Of a stretch of DNA of 64,000 nt, positions 39,071-53,805 are shown piece by piece; positions within the stretch are counted from its first letter, which is position 1, and every line of letters starts with the position of its first letter. The stretch lies in the NCBI GenBank assembly GCA_012295275.1, contig CM022666.1, positions 2,170,001 to 2,234,000 on the forward strand, written 5' to 3'. A model generated the notes under the pieces. It was not told the DNA's origin. It made no database searches and was given only the letters and a program-made list of their open reading frames with translations. A program made the translations under genes and the position numbers. This DNA comes from Chrysomallon squamiferum. Taxonomy: Eukaryota > Animalia > Mollusca.

Positions 39071-40079
39071 CAGTAGTAGTAGTAGTAATAGTTGTAGTAA
39101 TAACATATCTTGAAACACAAGTTAAAATACACTGACTTATTCCATAAACAGCCCTGTTTATATAATTATACTTATAGCTACATATATTGTTAAAGATTTT
39201 AAAGTAACTGCAAAAGTTTTCTCAATTAGTATACCTATACATATTCACTGCTTCTTAAACAAAAATGACAATGAAAATATTTACCTCCTTGACTCCCTCT
39301 TTGATCATCCTGGTAGCTATAGGAGCCTGACCTTGACCCAAGGAGAGGGCATGGAAGCGCTCCTCCATTCCACTGTTCTCTGCTAGCTGCATCAAAGCAC
39401 TTGTGGGATCCTGATAACAATAACAATAACAATAACAACAGCAATAAATTATAAAAAGGTTTAATCAGTTATAAACAGCTATAAATACAAGCTTTAATAA
39501 TAATTTTAACTTGAGAGATATCATCCTACAAGAACAAATCCTTAGCAGATCTTGTCTCTGTTATTTTTTACTGAAACAAAACTCAGTTGAAAAAAAATAG
39601 TTACAACTCAGAACATTTACATCAGCAAAAAATCAATGAACAAAAAAAAAAAAAACCTTCTTCTTCTTCAATCTATTATTATTCTTTTTTTTTTATTATT
39701 ACTTTTTTTTTTCTCCCACACCTTGTCTAATCTCAATCAACAGAAAAAATTCCACAATTAAAATTATATTCCTGTTTTCCACAACACTTTTCAATGCATT
39801 TACGCAGCTGAAGAAACAGAAAGCTACAAGAAAGAGTTCTTATATGCAAGCAGAAGTGAGACGTACCACTCCAGGGGACAGGACAAAGATGAGAGGCGTC
39901 TTCGTGTTGGAGTCTTCGACCACCTGCTGCATGTCCAGCACAGGAGGTTCTACGAACTTTGATCCGAGGTTGTTGACGATGAACGACGTCGCGACAGAAC
40001 GACACCCGGTCAGGACGTAGTGACCGAACTATCAGCATCCTTTGTAGCTCGTTACACGCGTTGTCCCACTCACCTGAGT

Positions 40080-40110
<31 letters not shown>

Positions 40111-43100
40111 TCATCATAACAATAAAATAATAATAATAAATAATAATAATAATAATAAATAATATCAATAATAATAAAATAATAATAATAATAATAATCA
40201 ATAATAAAATAATAATAAAATAAATAATAATAATAGCAATAATAATAATAACAATAATAATAATAATAACAATAAAAATAACAATAATAATAATAAAAAA
40301 CAATAAATTAAAATAATAAATACAATAAGAATAATAATAACAAGAGCAACAATAATATCAAAAATAATATCAATAATAATAACAACAACAGTAGTAGTAG
40401 TAGAACTATAATTGAAAACAATAATCATAATGATAAACATAACAATATTAAATAACTAATAATAATAATATTAAAATAACAATATTAATTAATAATAATG
40501 TAATAATAATATTAAAAAAACAATAATTAATAAAATAAATGCAATAAGAAAAATACAGTCAGTAGTAGTAGTAGAACTATAATTGAAAACAACTCATATA
40601 AACAGAAAATAACAATAAAAATCATTATTATAACCATCATCATCATCTTCTTCAGAAATCTATCATAATAAAATATTAATATCTTCATCAGAAAGTCATC
40701 ATCATTAATATCTTAATCAACATCATCATCATCATCATCATCATCAACAACATCATCATCATTGTCATCTACAGTCATTCATTCACGTACCAGGTAAAGG
40801 TGTGTTTTCGGGGTCGGAAGAGGTGTACCAGATGTTCCAGTCTCGAGGGTACTGCTCAAAGGCTGTGATGATTCCGTGGAAGTTGGCCAGTTTCTCCAGT
40901 TCAGTGATGTTGTCCCAAGCATTGTCTGACAGCCAGCCAGAACAAGGGTTGTCCATCTGGTTCTCCCGGTCAATTACCTGGAAGTAAGTAAATTAACACC
41001 TGAGTTAACGAGTTTATAAAAATCTGAACAAGTAAATTAAGACCTGAGTGACTTGTTTGTAAAAATCTAATTAAGTAATTTAACACCTGAGTAATGTATT
41101 TATAAAAATCTAATTAAGTAATTTAACACCTAAGTAATGTATTTATAAAAATCTAATTAAGTAAATTAACACCTGAGTAATGTATTTATAAAAATCTAAT
41201 TAAATAATTACCTGAGTATAGTAGATGTAAAATCTAATTAAATCATTTTCATAGCTAAATAAGTTATTTATGAAATTTAATTAATTAAATTAATACATGA
41301 GAAACCTATTTATAAAATTTAATTAATTAAATTTTACCTGAATAATATATTTATAAAACACAATTAATTAAATTAATACCTGGATATTGTACTAAATGTA
41401 ATTAAATTAATTAATACCTGAATAACTTATGAAATTTAATTAATTAAATTAATACCTGAGAAAAATATTTGTAAAATTCATTTAATTAAATTAAAAACTA
41501 TTTATAAAATTTAATTATATAAATTAATACCCGAGTAATTTTTTTTAATAAAATTTAATTAAATAAATCAGTATATATTACAGTTTAACTTTGTTGTCTT
41601 AACTTAAATAATATTTATTATTTTTTTCTTTTTGCTATTATTACTATTTCAGACATATAATTTCTCATTTTCCATTTTTATACAAATTAAATGGTAAACA
41701 TCGCAATTCTTCTTTACCTTACTAATTACTCAAAAGAACAGATATGAAATATTTACTACCATATCAAAATTACTATACTTTCTGTTTGGTACAGTATTTC
41801 ATTTTTGACAATGTAGTTTTTTTATTAATACAAATGCATAGACAGAGAATGCTAATATTAAACTGCTTTGGAAAAATCTGTCACCTTTCTACAGTGGACA
41901 CCTCATTATATAACAACAATAATTAAACTGTGTGCACAGATGTACAATTACACTATGTAATTCCCAAACACTGAAAAATAAACAATTATTCTAACAATAC
42001 TACAAGAACATGCAACACTGAAAAATAAACCACCTTTGTAATCAGGACAGAAGAGACAATTTACTAACAATTATCAGCTAACATACTATAACTATTCTAC
42101 AAACTACAAACATGAAACATTTACAAAAACCTGTAAAAATAAGCCACCTTTATAATCAGGACATGACAAACAATTTATTAACATTATCTGAACGTGCTAG
42201 AATTATTCTAAAATCTAGACGTACTCTATACACATGAAATTTTTTTATTTTTTTATATTTTTTTAAAACCTGAAAAAAAAAAATAAGCCACCTTTATCAT
42301 CCTTTATAAGGACATTTTAACATACAACAGTTATTCTAAGAACTCCCCTCACCAAACACTGGCTAACGACAATACTGAATAAATGTTTAATTTTACAGAT
42401 GACCCCTCGTCAGATATATCTGAACTTTCACCATCAGTGTCACATGTTTGATCAGGACTGGAATGAGAATTTTCCTGAGAATTTTTCTCAGTGTTAATGG
42501 GGTGAATTGCCTAAAAGAAATTCATAATGCGAGTTTTTTGTTAAGAGTTTTAACTAATACAATGTAATTTAAAGATATAAATAAAAAAATAGTTTTTTTA
42601 AAATTCAGTACAGTCTGTGAAATATAAAATTTTAAATACAGATGCTGGATAATAAATAATTAAAGAAAAAAAAAAAGAGTTTTAATAAAACAGTAGCAGA
42701 TTGAGGAAGGAAATAATAATAAAAAAATAAAAAATGAAATGAAATAAAAAGAAATAAATTACAATAAATTTAAAATATAAAATAAAATAAATATAATAAA
42801 ATAAAATTTAAATAAAATTAAAGTGAAATGATAAATTAAATATCTTTCTCATAACCAAATATAATCGAAAAATATAAAATAATGCAAAATAAATATAAAA
42901 AAATATAATAACAAATGCATAATAATAATAATAAAAAAAAAAAAAAAAATAAATAAAATAAAAAAAATAAATAAAAAATAAATAAATAAAAAAAAAAAAA
43001 TAAATAAAATAAAATTTAAAAAATAAATAAAATATTAATTAAAAAAAAAAATTATAAATTTAAAAATAAAAGTAATAATAAAAAAAAAAAATATAATTTT

Positions 43101-46100
43101 ATACTTACAACTCCACCCCTGAGGAAAAAATTATATTCATCCATATTGAGTTTTCCAGCATGTTCTAAAATCTTTGCACACATTTGGAATGAAAAGAGTA
43201 ACTTATGCTTCTCAAACAAACCACGACAGGTAAACCTGAAAGAAACAAACAATACAATTTTAAACTGAAACACAAAATACAATATAAAACAGAAACACAA
43301 AATACAGTTTTAAACTGAAATACGAAATACAATATAAAACTGAAATACAAAATACAATTTTAAAATGAAACACAAAACACAATTTTAAACTGAAACACAA
43401 AATACAATTTTAAACTGAAAGAAACACAGAATACAATTTTAAACTAAAAAACACAGAATACAATGTTAAATTAAAACACAAAATACAATTTTAAATTGAA
43501 AGAAACACAAAATACAATATAAAACAGAAAAATAAAATACAATTTTAAACAGTAACACAAAACACAATTTTAAACTGAAAATACAATTCTAAAGTAAAAG
43601 AAACACAATATACAGTATAAAACAGAAATATAAAATATAATTTTAAACTGGAAAACACAAAATAAAATTTGAAACTCAAGGACACACAAAATACAGTTTT
43701 AAACTGAAACATCTAAACAGCATCATGAACAAATATTTAAAAAAACAAAACAAAAATTTACCTGTATTTGACACATACACAGAAACATTAATAATTTCAT
43801 GAAGTTAAATTATTTTAAAAAAAAAAAAAAAACTAAAACATACCTGTATTTGACACATACACAGAAATATTAATAATTTACACAGTTAATATTATTTTAA
43901 CACAATCTCGACCAAACTAAAACTCACCTGCAGACATCACACACAAAAAAATATTAATAATTTACATAATAAACATTATTTTAACATAATCTTGACCAAA
44001 CTAAAACTCACCTACAGACATCACACACCAAAAAATATTAATAACTTACATAATAAACATTATTTTAACAATCTCAACAAAACTATAACATACCTGCAGA
44101 CAGCATACACCAAGAAATATTAATAATTTACATAATAAACATTATTTTCACACAATCTCGACCAAACTAAAGCTCACCTGTAGACTGCGTACGTGTGGAA
44201 CTCATTGAGGTTTACAATTCTCTCCTCAAGTTTCGAGCTTCGTTGACTTCGCTCGATGGAGTTGATGAACAGTTCAATGTATGCGTCGAGAGAAAACTGA
44301 TACATCGGGTCAATGCGGCCCATGTCGTTCAACACGAAAAACAAGATGGAGGTTCTCTGAGCACATGGCCGATAGCCCTAGAAATTTAAAAAACCCCAAA
44401 ACAAACAGATGTAGGACTAATTGATAAAATGAGATGTTTGAATTATAAAACACACCCAAGTGCATGCACACATGTGCATAATGTGCACATATTCACATAT
44501 TACTTACACAGTATCGTACAAACAAATTACTGAATGTGTCATATTAGCATATGCAGAAGCAGAAATATATATTTTATTTGATATTATACATCAGCATATA
44601 TACATGTACATATGTTTTTAACAGACACACAAATCCACTAAGTTCATGACACATATAAAGCATATAAAGATGAACAGAGATATTCTGTATGACAAACATC
44701 CATAACACATATACATATGCACATTCAGATGCACATCATCTTGAATAAATGCTTGAGATAAATATGTAGAAAAGAAACTATATTGTAATGATGCACAGGT
44801 ACCTTTGTATATTTGTGTTTTTTAATTAATTAATTAAATTATTTATTTATATTTATTTGTTTGTTTGTTTGTCTTTTATTTAATTGCTTATTTATTTATT
44901 TATTTGTTTTATTTATTTATTTATTTGTTTGTCAGTCTGTTTTATTTATTTATTTGTTTATTTGTTGGTTTATTTATTTATTTATTTATTTAATTGTCTG
45001 TTTTATTTGTTTATCTATTTATCTGTTTATCTGTTTGTTTTTTTAATCATTTCATCAAATAAAAAAATTTCAAAAATAAAATACAACAAACCTCTCGAGC
45101 AGCATCAATCTTGGCCTCAGTCTGTTCGGATATTTGCACCTGCTCGGATACCTCTTGTGACGTCACTTTTGACGTCTGCAGTGTGTTGACAAGTTGTTCA
45201 TCATCAAGAAGTGAGCCTTTTGTCTCATACAGTAATCTGTTAACATAGCAAACCATAAAAACATTCAGTAACCATTCTCTTATTCATTCTGTCTTGAAAA
45301 AATATTTTCAATATCGTAACTTAAACACTTTGAGAAGCATTACATTGACTTTTTATCCAATTAATTTAAATTAATTTAATCTATTTAATTTCTTTAATTC
45401 ATTTACTTCTTGCTGTTGTTTTTAACCTATTAAAACCAGTTTGATCAAGAAAATCACTAATAGAAAGAATATATTTTACATACAAAATTTCAACACTAAA
45501 TAAAATTTAACCTTAAAATCTCGTCTTCACACTCGACCAGTTTTTTCTTGCCTGCTGCGATACTTCGCACCAGACTGTCTTTCTGCTCTTCCAGCTCTGG
45601 TCTCTCCTTTCTCACAACTATGCCAAGCAACTGAGCCTCAAGACCTGCAGATAAAACAAATAGTTACTGTTGAACCAAAGAAGTCTAAATAATGTGGTGT
45701 GTATTCCTGTATGTGCGTCAATGTCAGAGTGTCCATGTGTGTGTGTGTTTGTATATTAGGACTAAGGTATATATTTTGTATTTTACTTTTATAGATTTTT
45801 AAAATTTGATTTCATTCACGAAATCTCCTAACTACATCCACCAAACACTTAAAACATCATAGTTCTTCACATATGAAAGGTGATAAAAGTATAAAGGATA
45901 TGTGTATGTATTTATGTGTGTTTATGAGTGTGGGTGTGTGTGTGTGTATGAATATATATGTATAGTTAGATAGATAATAATAATTTTCAAATGATATACA
46001 AATGTTGTATGTGATAAAATTATAGACAATACTTTCTATGCTTAAACAAACCTGCAGTATATTTCTACAGGAAAACATCTTGATACATCTCAACAGATAC

Positions 46101-48313
46101 AAGAGTCTTAACATCTGTAACTTAATCCATTAATATATATATATATATATATAAGGAAGAAAAATAATTTTCATTGACCATTTTCAGTTTACCTTGTTCT
46201 TTGACAGCAAAGTTGACGATGGTGGCTTTGGTGGAGATTTCAGGAGCATAGTGAGGGTTGCTCAGTTTTGTTGTGATGTAGAATCTGAAGTCTTTGTTGT
46301 ACTCCACCTCCTTGTCTCCTAGCCGAATCAAAAAGGCTCCTCCTGTGAAAAAAAAAAAAATCCCCCAAAAATGAATAAGACACATTATACTCATCTTGTT
46401 ATACAAAATAATCAGTTAAGAACTAAAATCTGATCCATCAAATGATATCAAATTTTTTTTAATCATTATTGTTGTTATTATTAATTTTAATTTTAATTTT
46501 TTTTTTTTTTTTTTTAAAGCTACTAACCGACTTTCATCAAGGATTTGTTTAAAATGGGGTCCAGTGATGGGTCCAGTTTTTCCTGAACGTTCTGTAACAG
46601 GACAGGCAAACCGAACTGGATGGCATTCTCCAAAGTTCGCATGTAGTCAGACTGCTGCAGATCTATCACTTTGAGACCCTGTGAAGACATAAAGAAAAAT
46701 ATTTTAATTCAAACACTCTTAGTTAAATAAGGCAACAATGTTACAATAATACAAGACTCAGAAAACAAACACAGAAAACAGACACTCAAAAAAACAAATA
46801 ACCCTAAACAACCCATTAGCAACATTATAAAATATTCTGGTTTTTTAATGATGCATTCTGTATTATCTATAAAATATTCTGTTTTTATTAATAAAGTATT
46901 CATTATTACCCCCATAAAAATTTTAGTTAATTTAATTAAATATTCTATTTTGTTAATTCAGTATTCAGTATTAATTCAAATTATTTAATTTTTTAATAAA
47001 ATATCAGAGTTGTTTATAAAATATGGTAAACAATTTGCTGTTTTTTGCTTTTTCAGCACAGCCTGATTTATTCATCAAATTAAATTACCACTAACAATAT
47101 CATTTCTTTAAAAAATTTAACAAACTTAAATTTAACATTTAAAATCTAAATAAACATTATATTCAGCACAAAACAAAAAAACGTTACCAGATTCACTCAT
47201 GCGTTACCTTTGCTGCTTCCATATTTTTTATCCACTTGATGGCCTGTCCCTGGGGATCAATCATGAGCGGCCACCTGCGCCCTCGGGTGACAATCACACC
47301 GTTCTCTGTCGAGAAGGAGTCACTAGGCAACCCCTGGATGTTCCAGTCTCGCACGACAGTTGGCTTTGCCATGAAGTAACAGAAGTCAAAGTCCGGAGCA
47401 TTCGGAATGTTCAGTTTTCTTATCTGAAATATTTCAGTATTTATAAATATAATATAGAATTTCAGTATTTATTATATAATATAGAATTTCAGTATGTATA
47501 TATAATATAGAATTTCAGTATTTATTATATAATATAGAATTTCAGTATGTATATATATAATAGAATTTCAGTATTTATTATATAATATAGAATTTCAGTA
47601 TTTATTATATAATATAGAATTTCAGTATTTATATATATAATATAGAATTTCAGTATGTATACAATACAGAATTTCAGTATGTATGTAACACAGAATGTCA
47701 GTATGTATATAATATAGAATTTCAATATGTATGTCATACAGAATTTCAGCATGTCTATAATATAGAATTTCAGTATGTACATAATATAGAATTTCAGTAT
47801 GTTTATAATATAGAATTTCAGCATATGCATATAATATAGAATTTCAGCATGTATATATAATACAGAATTTCAGCATATGTATATAATATAGAATATCAGT
47901 ATGTTTATAATATAGAATTTCAGCATATGTATATAATATAGAATTTCTTCATTTATAAAATGCAAAACTGCAATGGGTATTTAAAATTTAGAATTTCAAC
48001 AAAGTTCTGGCTGCACAACCTATTGTAATTTTGTATGTTCAACACAGAATTTAATCTGACTATTGCAACAACAGCATAACAAATGATTATGTTGGTTAAC
48101 TGTGGTTTGTACCTCATTCATCCAGTTTTTCTTCACAACGTCCTCGCGGTAGTTGGAGAGGAAAGGTCCCATGTACGACATGAATGCTGCTGCTATCAGG
48201 CAGTCTCCCAGCAGGTAACCCATCTGTTCCTCCAGATTCTGAAACAAAAAAATAATTTTTAAATACAACAACAACAACAACAATAACAATAATACTAATA
48301 GCCAACAATAATA

Positions 48314-48349
<36 letters not shown>

Positions 48350-50828
48350 TTTATAATAAACAATAACAACAATAACAATAATAATATCAATAATAACAAA
48401 ATAACTACAACAGTAATAACAAGAATAACAAAAAAAAACAACAACAACAACAGTAATAATAATAATAATAATAATAATAAAGGAATCATTGTATTATTTC
48501 TGTTATACTGGAAATTAAAATCTCTGTAAAAATTTCTACAACATATTTCAAATTGAAAATTATCACACACACACACACACACACATATTTAAATTACTGA
48601 CATATGTGTCCATACATTGCAAGATTTGTTTTATGCTGCCATAAAAAAACGAAATACTTTCCATCACACAAGGTGACTAAAACAAATACCGTGACTGAAA
48701 ACTGTAATTAATTAAACAAATTTTAAAAAAACAAATCAATTAATAAATAAAAATAAATAAATAAATAAACGTGGGTTTTAAGTTTCTTACTTTAACTGTT
48801 TCTTCCCATCTAATTCTCTCTCCTGCCAAGCCAGACACCAGTTTTGAAGCTCTGTCCAGCATCATCTCTGTGTGTTCAGCTTTCTTCTTTAATTCCTCTT
48901 TCTGTGACAGCTTCTCATCATACTGCTGTTTGAGATCAGCCATCTTAGCTTCAACCTACGTAATTGTGAAAATAATAAGAACAATTAGAATAATAATACC
49001 AATAATAATAATAATAATTAAAATAATAATAATACCAATAGTAGTGGTAATAGTAAAAGTAATAGTAATAATAATGATGATGATAATAATAATAATAATA
49101 ATAACAACAATAATAATACTGGTAATAATAACTAAGTTCAGAAACTTTTTAAAACTAAATTATGACATTTAAACTAAATTCTGAAACTTTTAAAAATTTG
49201 AATTTTTAAAACTCTAAATTTTGACACTTTTAAAACAACACTGTGACACTATTAAAAAACAATATTTTGACACTTTTAAAATTAAATTCTGACACTTTTA
49301 TTGTAAACTTTAAACTAAATTCTGATACCATCAAAGATAAATTCTTCAGACACTTTAAAACTAAATTCCGACACCTAAACTAAACTCTGATATCTAAACT
49401 AAATTCTCAAATTTAAAATCTGACACTTTTTAGAACTAAATTCTGTTTCTCACCTCAGCTAATTTAGCCTTGGCATCTGCCAGTGCAGCCTGCTTTTCTT
49501 TAAGCTGAGACATTGCTGCATTCAGCCTCTGTCTCTTCGGCTCAACCACTCGGTAAATTCGTCCATACATCTCCATCGCCCTCACCCACATGCACAGTGA
49601 CTTGGCCGCGGTGGAGACACGCCCAATGATTTCAGGGTGGAAGTCTGACTGCTGGCAGTACGTGCCAATCTTTTTCAAAACTCTGTCAGATATGTTGTCT
49701 TTGTCAAAGTTCATCAGAGATTTCAGAAAGTTGCCATCACCTGTTTGAAGTTAAAATAGTAAGTTTGTAATAATTTGGGTAAGAAAGTGTATAATTTCAG
49801 TATGTGTAACATAACAAGTATCCAGTATTTTTATAAAACAAAATTCCTGTAAAACAAATATAAATTTCAATAGTATACAATATTAAAATTTCAACAGCAT
49901 ACAATCAAATTTCAGTATATGTATAATATAAAAGTATACAATAGAAATTTCAGTATCTGTACAATAGAAAATGTCAGTTGTATCCAACATTAAAATTGCA
50001 TTGTATTTATGTTAAATCTCAGTAAATATATTACATAAAATTTCAGTATGTGTACAATATTCAAAATGTCACCAGTATACAATATGGTATTTCAGTATCT
50101 GTTCAGCATGAAATTTCAGTTATGTACACAATATACAAAATTTCACCATTATACAATATGGTATTTCAGTATCTATTATTCAATATGAAATTTCAGTTAC
50201 GTACACCATATGCAAAATTTCAATATTATATAATATGGTATTTCAGTATGAAATTTCATTTTTTGGCAAAATATACAAAATTTCAACAGTATACAATATG
50301 GTATTTCAGTATCTGTTATTCACTATGAAATTTCAGTTTTTTGGCACAATATACAAAATTTCGGCAGTATACAATATGGTATATTTCTCTATCTATATAT
50401 TCAGTATGAAATTTCAGTCTTACCAAGCTGTCTCTTTGCCTCTGACCAGGTTGGTTCACAGCCTCGCAGAATCATCACTGCCTCCATTACTTTCTCTACA
50501 AGGGCTGGGGGCCGGCCATACGACTTAATCTCAGTCATGTCTTTCTTGTTCAGAGACTCCAGCGCCTGAAAAACACAAGTTAATATTAAAATTAAAACAA
50601 TAATTCTTAAATTATTATTGTCATTGTTGTTGTTGTTGTTTTTACTGTTGTTGTTGTTGTTGTTGTTATTATTATTATTATTATAATTGCTGTTGTTTTT
50701 GTTGTTGTTGTTTTTACTGTTGTTGTTGTTGTTGTTGTTGTTGTTATTATTATTATTATGTTATTACTATTATTATTTTGTTGTTGTTACTGTTGTTGTT
50801 ATTATTAGTTATTATTATTTTGTATTGC

Positions 50829-50880
<52 letters not shown>

Positions 50881-52500
50881 GCTATTGTTTTTGTTGTTGT
50901 TGCTGTTGTTATTTTTCATTCTGTTATATAAATTTATTGTTAAAATAGTAATAGTTAAAAAGGACTTGTACCTTGATGGCCTCCTCTAAAGCTGGCATAG
51001 CCTCGTTGAGATCACTCTGTGCAAGGTCTGCCATGTGCTGACATTTTGTTTCTTCCTCCATTATTCTCTCACTCTTCTGAGCTACAGACTGGAATAATAA
51101 TAATAATAATAATAGTGATATTAATAACAATAATAATAATAATTGTAATAGTAATAAAAGCAGTAGTAGAAGTAGTAGGGGTAGTAGTAATAATATGAGC
51201 ACTAGTAATAGTTGTAGCAGTAACAGTAATAATAATAATAATAATAATAAAAGTATTCATTATCATAATATCAATAACTATAATAACAGTAAAAATAATA
51301 TAAAAAATAAAGTAATAATTATTATTTTAAAAACAATAAATATAATAATAAAATATAACAGTTATTATTATCATAATTACTGTAACTACAGTAATAGTAA
51401 TAATAATCTGAAAAACACTAATAACAAAAATAACAATAATATTAAAATATAATTGTAATAATAACCATAATAACAATAATTTTTAAATAATAACTACAAT
51501 AATAAAACCAACAACAACACTTTTCTTCTCCTTATTTTTCAATACTTCACGGTGTCTAAAAACATTTTCAATTTTATATTCATTTTAATACTTTAAAAGT
51601 GATGAGTAACAAATTTACCTTCTGCTGCTCATCGGCTTCTCTCTTCTGCTGGACGATGATGACAAGGTACTCCTCACACTGTTTCTGAAACTGCGCAACC
51701 TTCGTCTTCGCGCATCTGACAGTTCAATGGACATAAACTCGACTTTCTCCCGAGTTTCGTCAATCTTGCTCAGTCCATTTTTCAACTTGTTGGCAGCATT
51801 ACCCAGTTCTTCTTTCTTTTCTTTTAGAAGTCTTGAGTAAAAAAAATAAAATAAAATAATAATAATAATTAAAATATATATATATATATATATAGTTGAT
51901 GTATGAAATTTAATTATTTGGAAGTATTCTGGGATTCGAAATTAATTTAGTGTTTTAAAAATATATATTATTAAAACAAAATTATTATTATAATTATTAT
52001 TATTATTATTATTATTAACCATTATTATTATAATAATTATAATATTTATTATTATAATTATTAATCAATATTACTATTATTATTATTACTATTATCATTA
52101 TCACTATCATTATTATTATTATTAAATAAATAAATTAATAAATACCTAAACAGGTTAAGATAGTTCTGTTTATCATTAATATATTTAATATATAATATAT
52201 TTATTTTTTTATTTTAAACTGGTAACTCACTGCTTGTAGCCAGACACAAGTTCGAGGTAGTTGGTGGGTGTCACGTAGTTGTGTCGACGCATCTCCAACA
52301 ACATCCTCTTAGAAAACTCAGACACTGACTTGTGCATCATCGAAAACATCTGAGCCAGAGCTGGCTTTAGTTTGTCCTGAAATACAACAACAATAATAAC
52401 AACAACAGCAACAACAACAACAATAATAATAACAATAATAACACTAATAATAATAGTAATAGTAATAATAGTAATAGTAATAATAGTAATAGTAATAATA

Positions 52501-52537
<37 letters not shown>

Positions 52538-53771
52538 TAACAATAACAATAATACTAATAGTAATAATAATAATAATAATAACAATAATAATAATACTAA
52601 CAATAGTAATAAGATATGCAATCAAAATTACTAACACACTTGTCACATTTATACGAATGTTTAAATGCAAAATCATGATTTATTTTTCACATTTTTTCTT
52701 TATATATTTGTAATTTTTAACTCAAGATAACAAAAATTTTAAACCAGAAATGCTGCTAATGAGAAGGCATAATACTGTCAAGCTTACTTACCATCATCAT
52801 CATGCAAGAATTTAGAGATAAAAAAAAAATTTAAAAATCAATTCAAAATTTGCTCTTTGCTTTTTCTTTCCCTTATCCCAAACTTTATCACTTTACTTTT
52901 TTGCCTCCATTAATTCGTGGGTCACTTTAAACATAATTACGTTAAAAAAAAAATATTTTTAAAATGTCTGACCTCTTCTTCACTGCCAAGGCTTTCCTCA
53001 CCCAGGTATTTGTCAGCTACTTCCAGAAGAGCATCTTGAGGCCACTCACTAAACCAGTCGATGGTTGTACAGTTGACAAATGCTGGGAACATACGAATTC
53101 GGTTCCTGCAAGACAATGTTAAAATTCTGAGTTTGGAAATGTGTACAGCAACATTCAGAATATATGGGAAAAATCATGCAGTAGTATTTTTAATTTAAAT
53201 TTCATTGCAAATGTTTTGGTATAAATTGATTTGAACCTTTTGTATCAATTTTACCATTTTTAAATATTTTTGATTAAAAACTTTTTTCAAATATGTACAC
53301 GAACAAATACATCAATTATATATATATATGTTTTATGTGTTAAAATATTAATTAACTAAACTAATAATTTAATTGAATAACAATAAAATATACAAAACCT
53401 ACATCATTTAAAGAAAATTACATAATTAAATTCAAAATTTTCTACTACCAAATCATCACAATAATTAACAAATTTAGGTAATTATTTTAGTTCCCTGTGA
53501 AATTTTTTATTATAATTATATACCATACATCTATAACATTATCTAGATATTGAGAGATAACCAGCATGCAATATTCCACGGTGACACTATGAAGTGAATT
53601 TCACAATAACAGTGTCACATATGTGTATATTTGCTAGAGTCTGTGAAATACATTGTATACTGGATTGACATGACTATGAACAAACAGTGTAAAATGGGAA
53701 ACATATTTTGCTGTGACAAACTAGTAACATGCATGAATGATGTTTTTATTTTATTGATATAGAATCAATAC

Positions 53772-53805
<34 letters not shown>

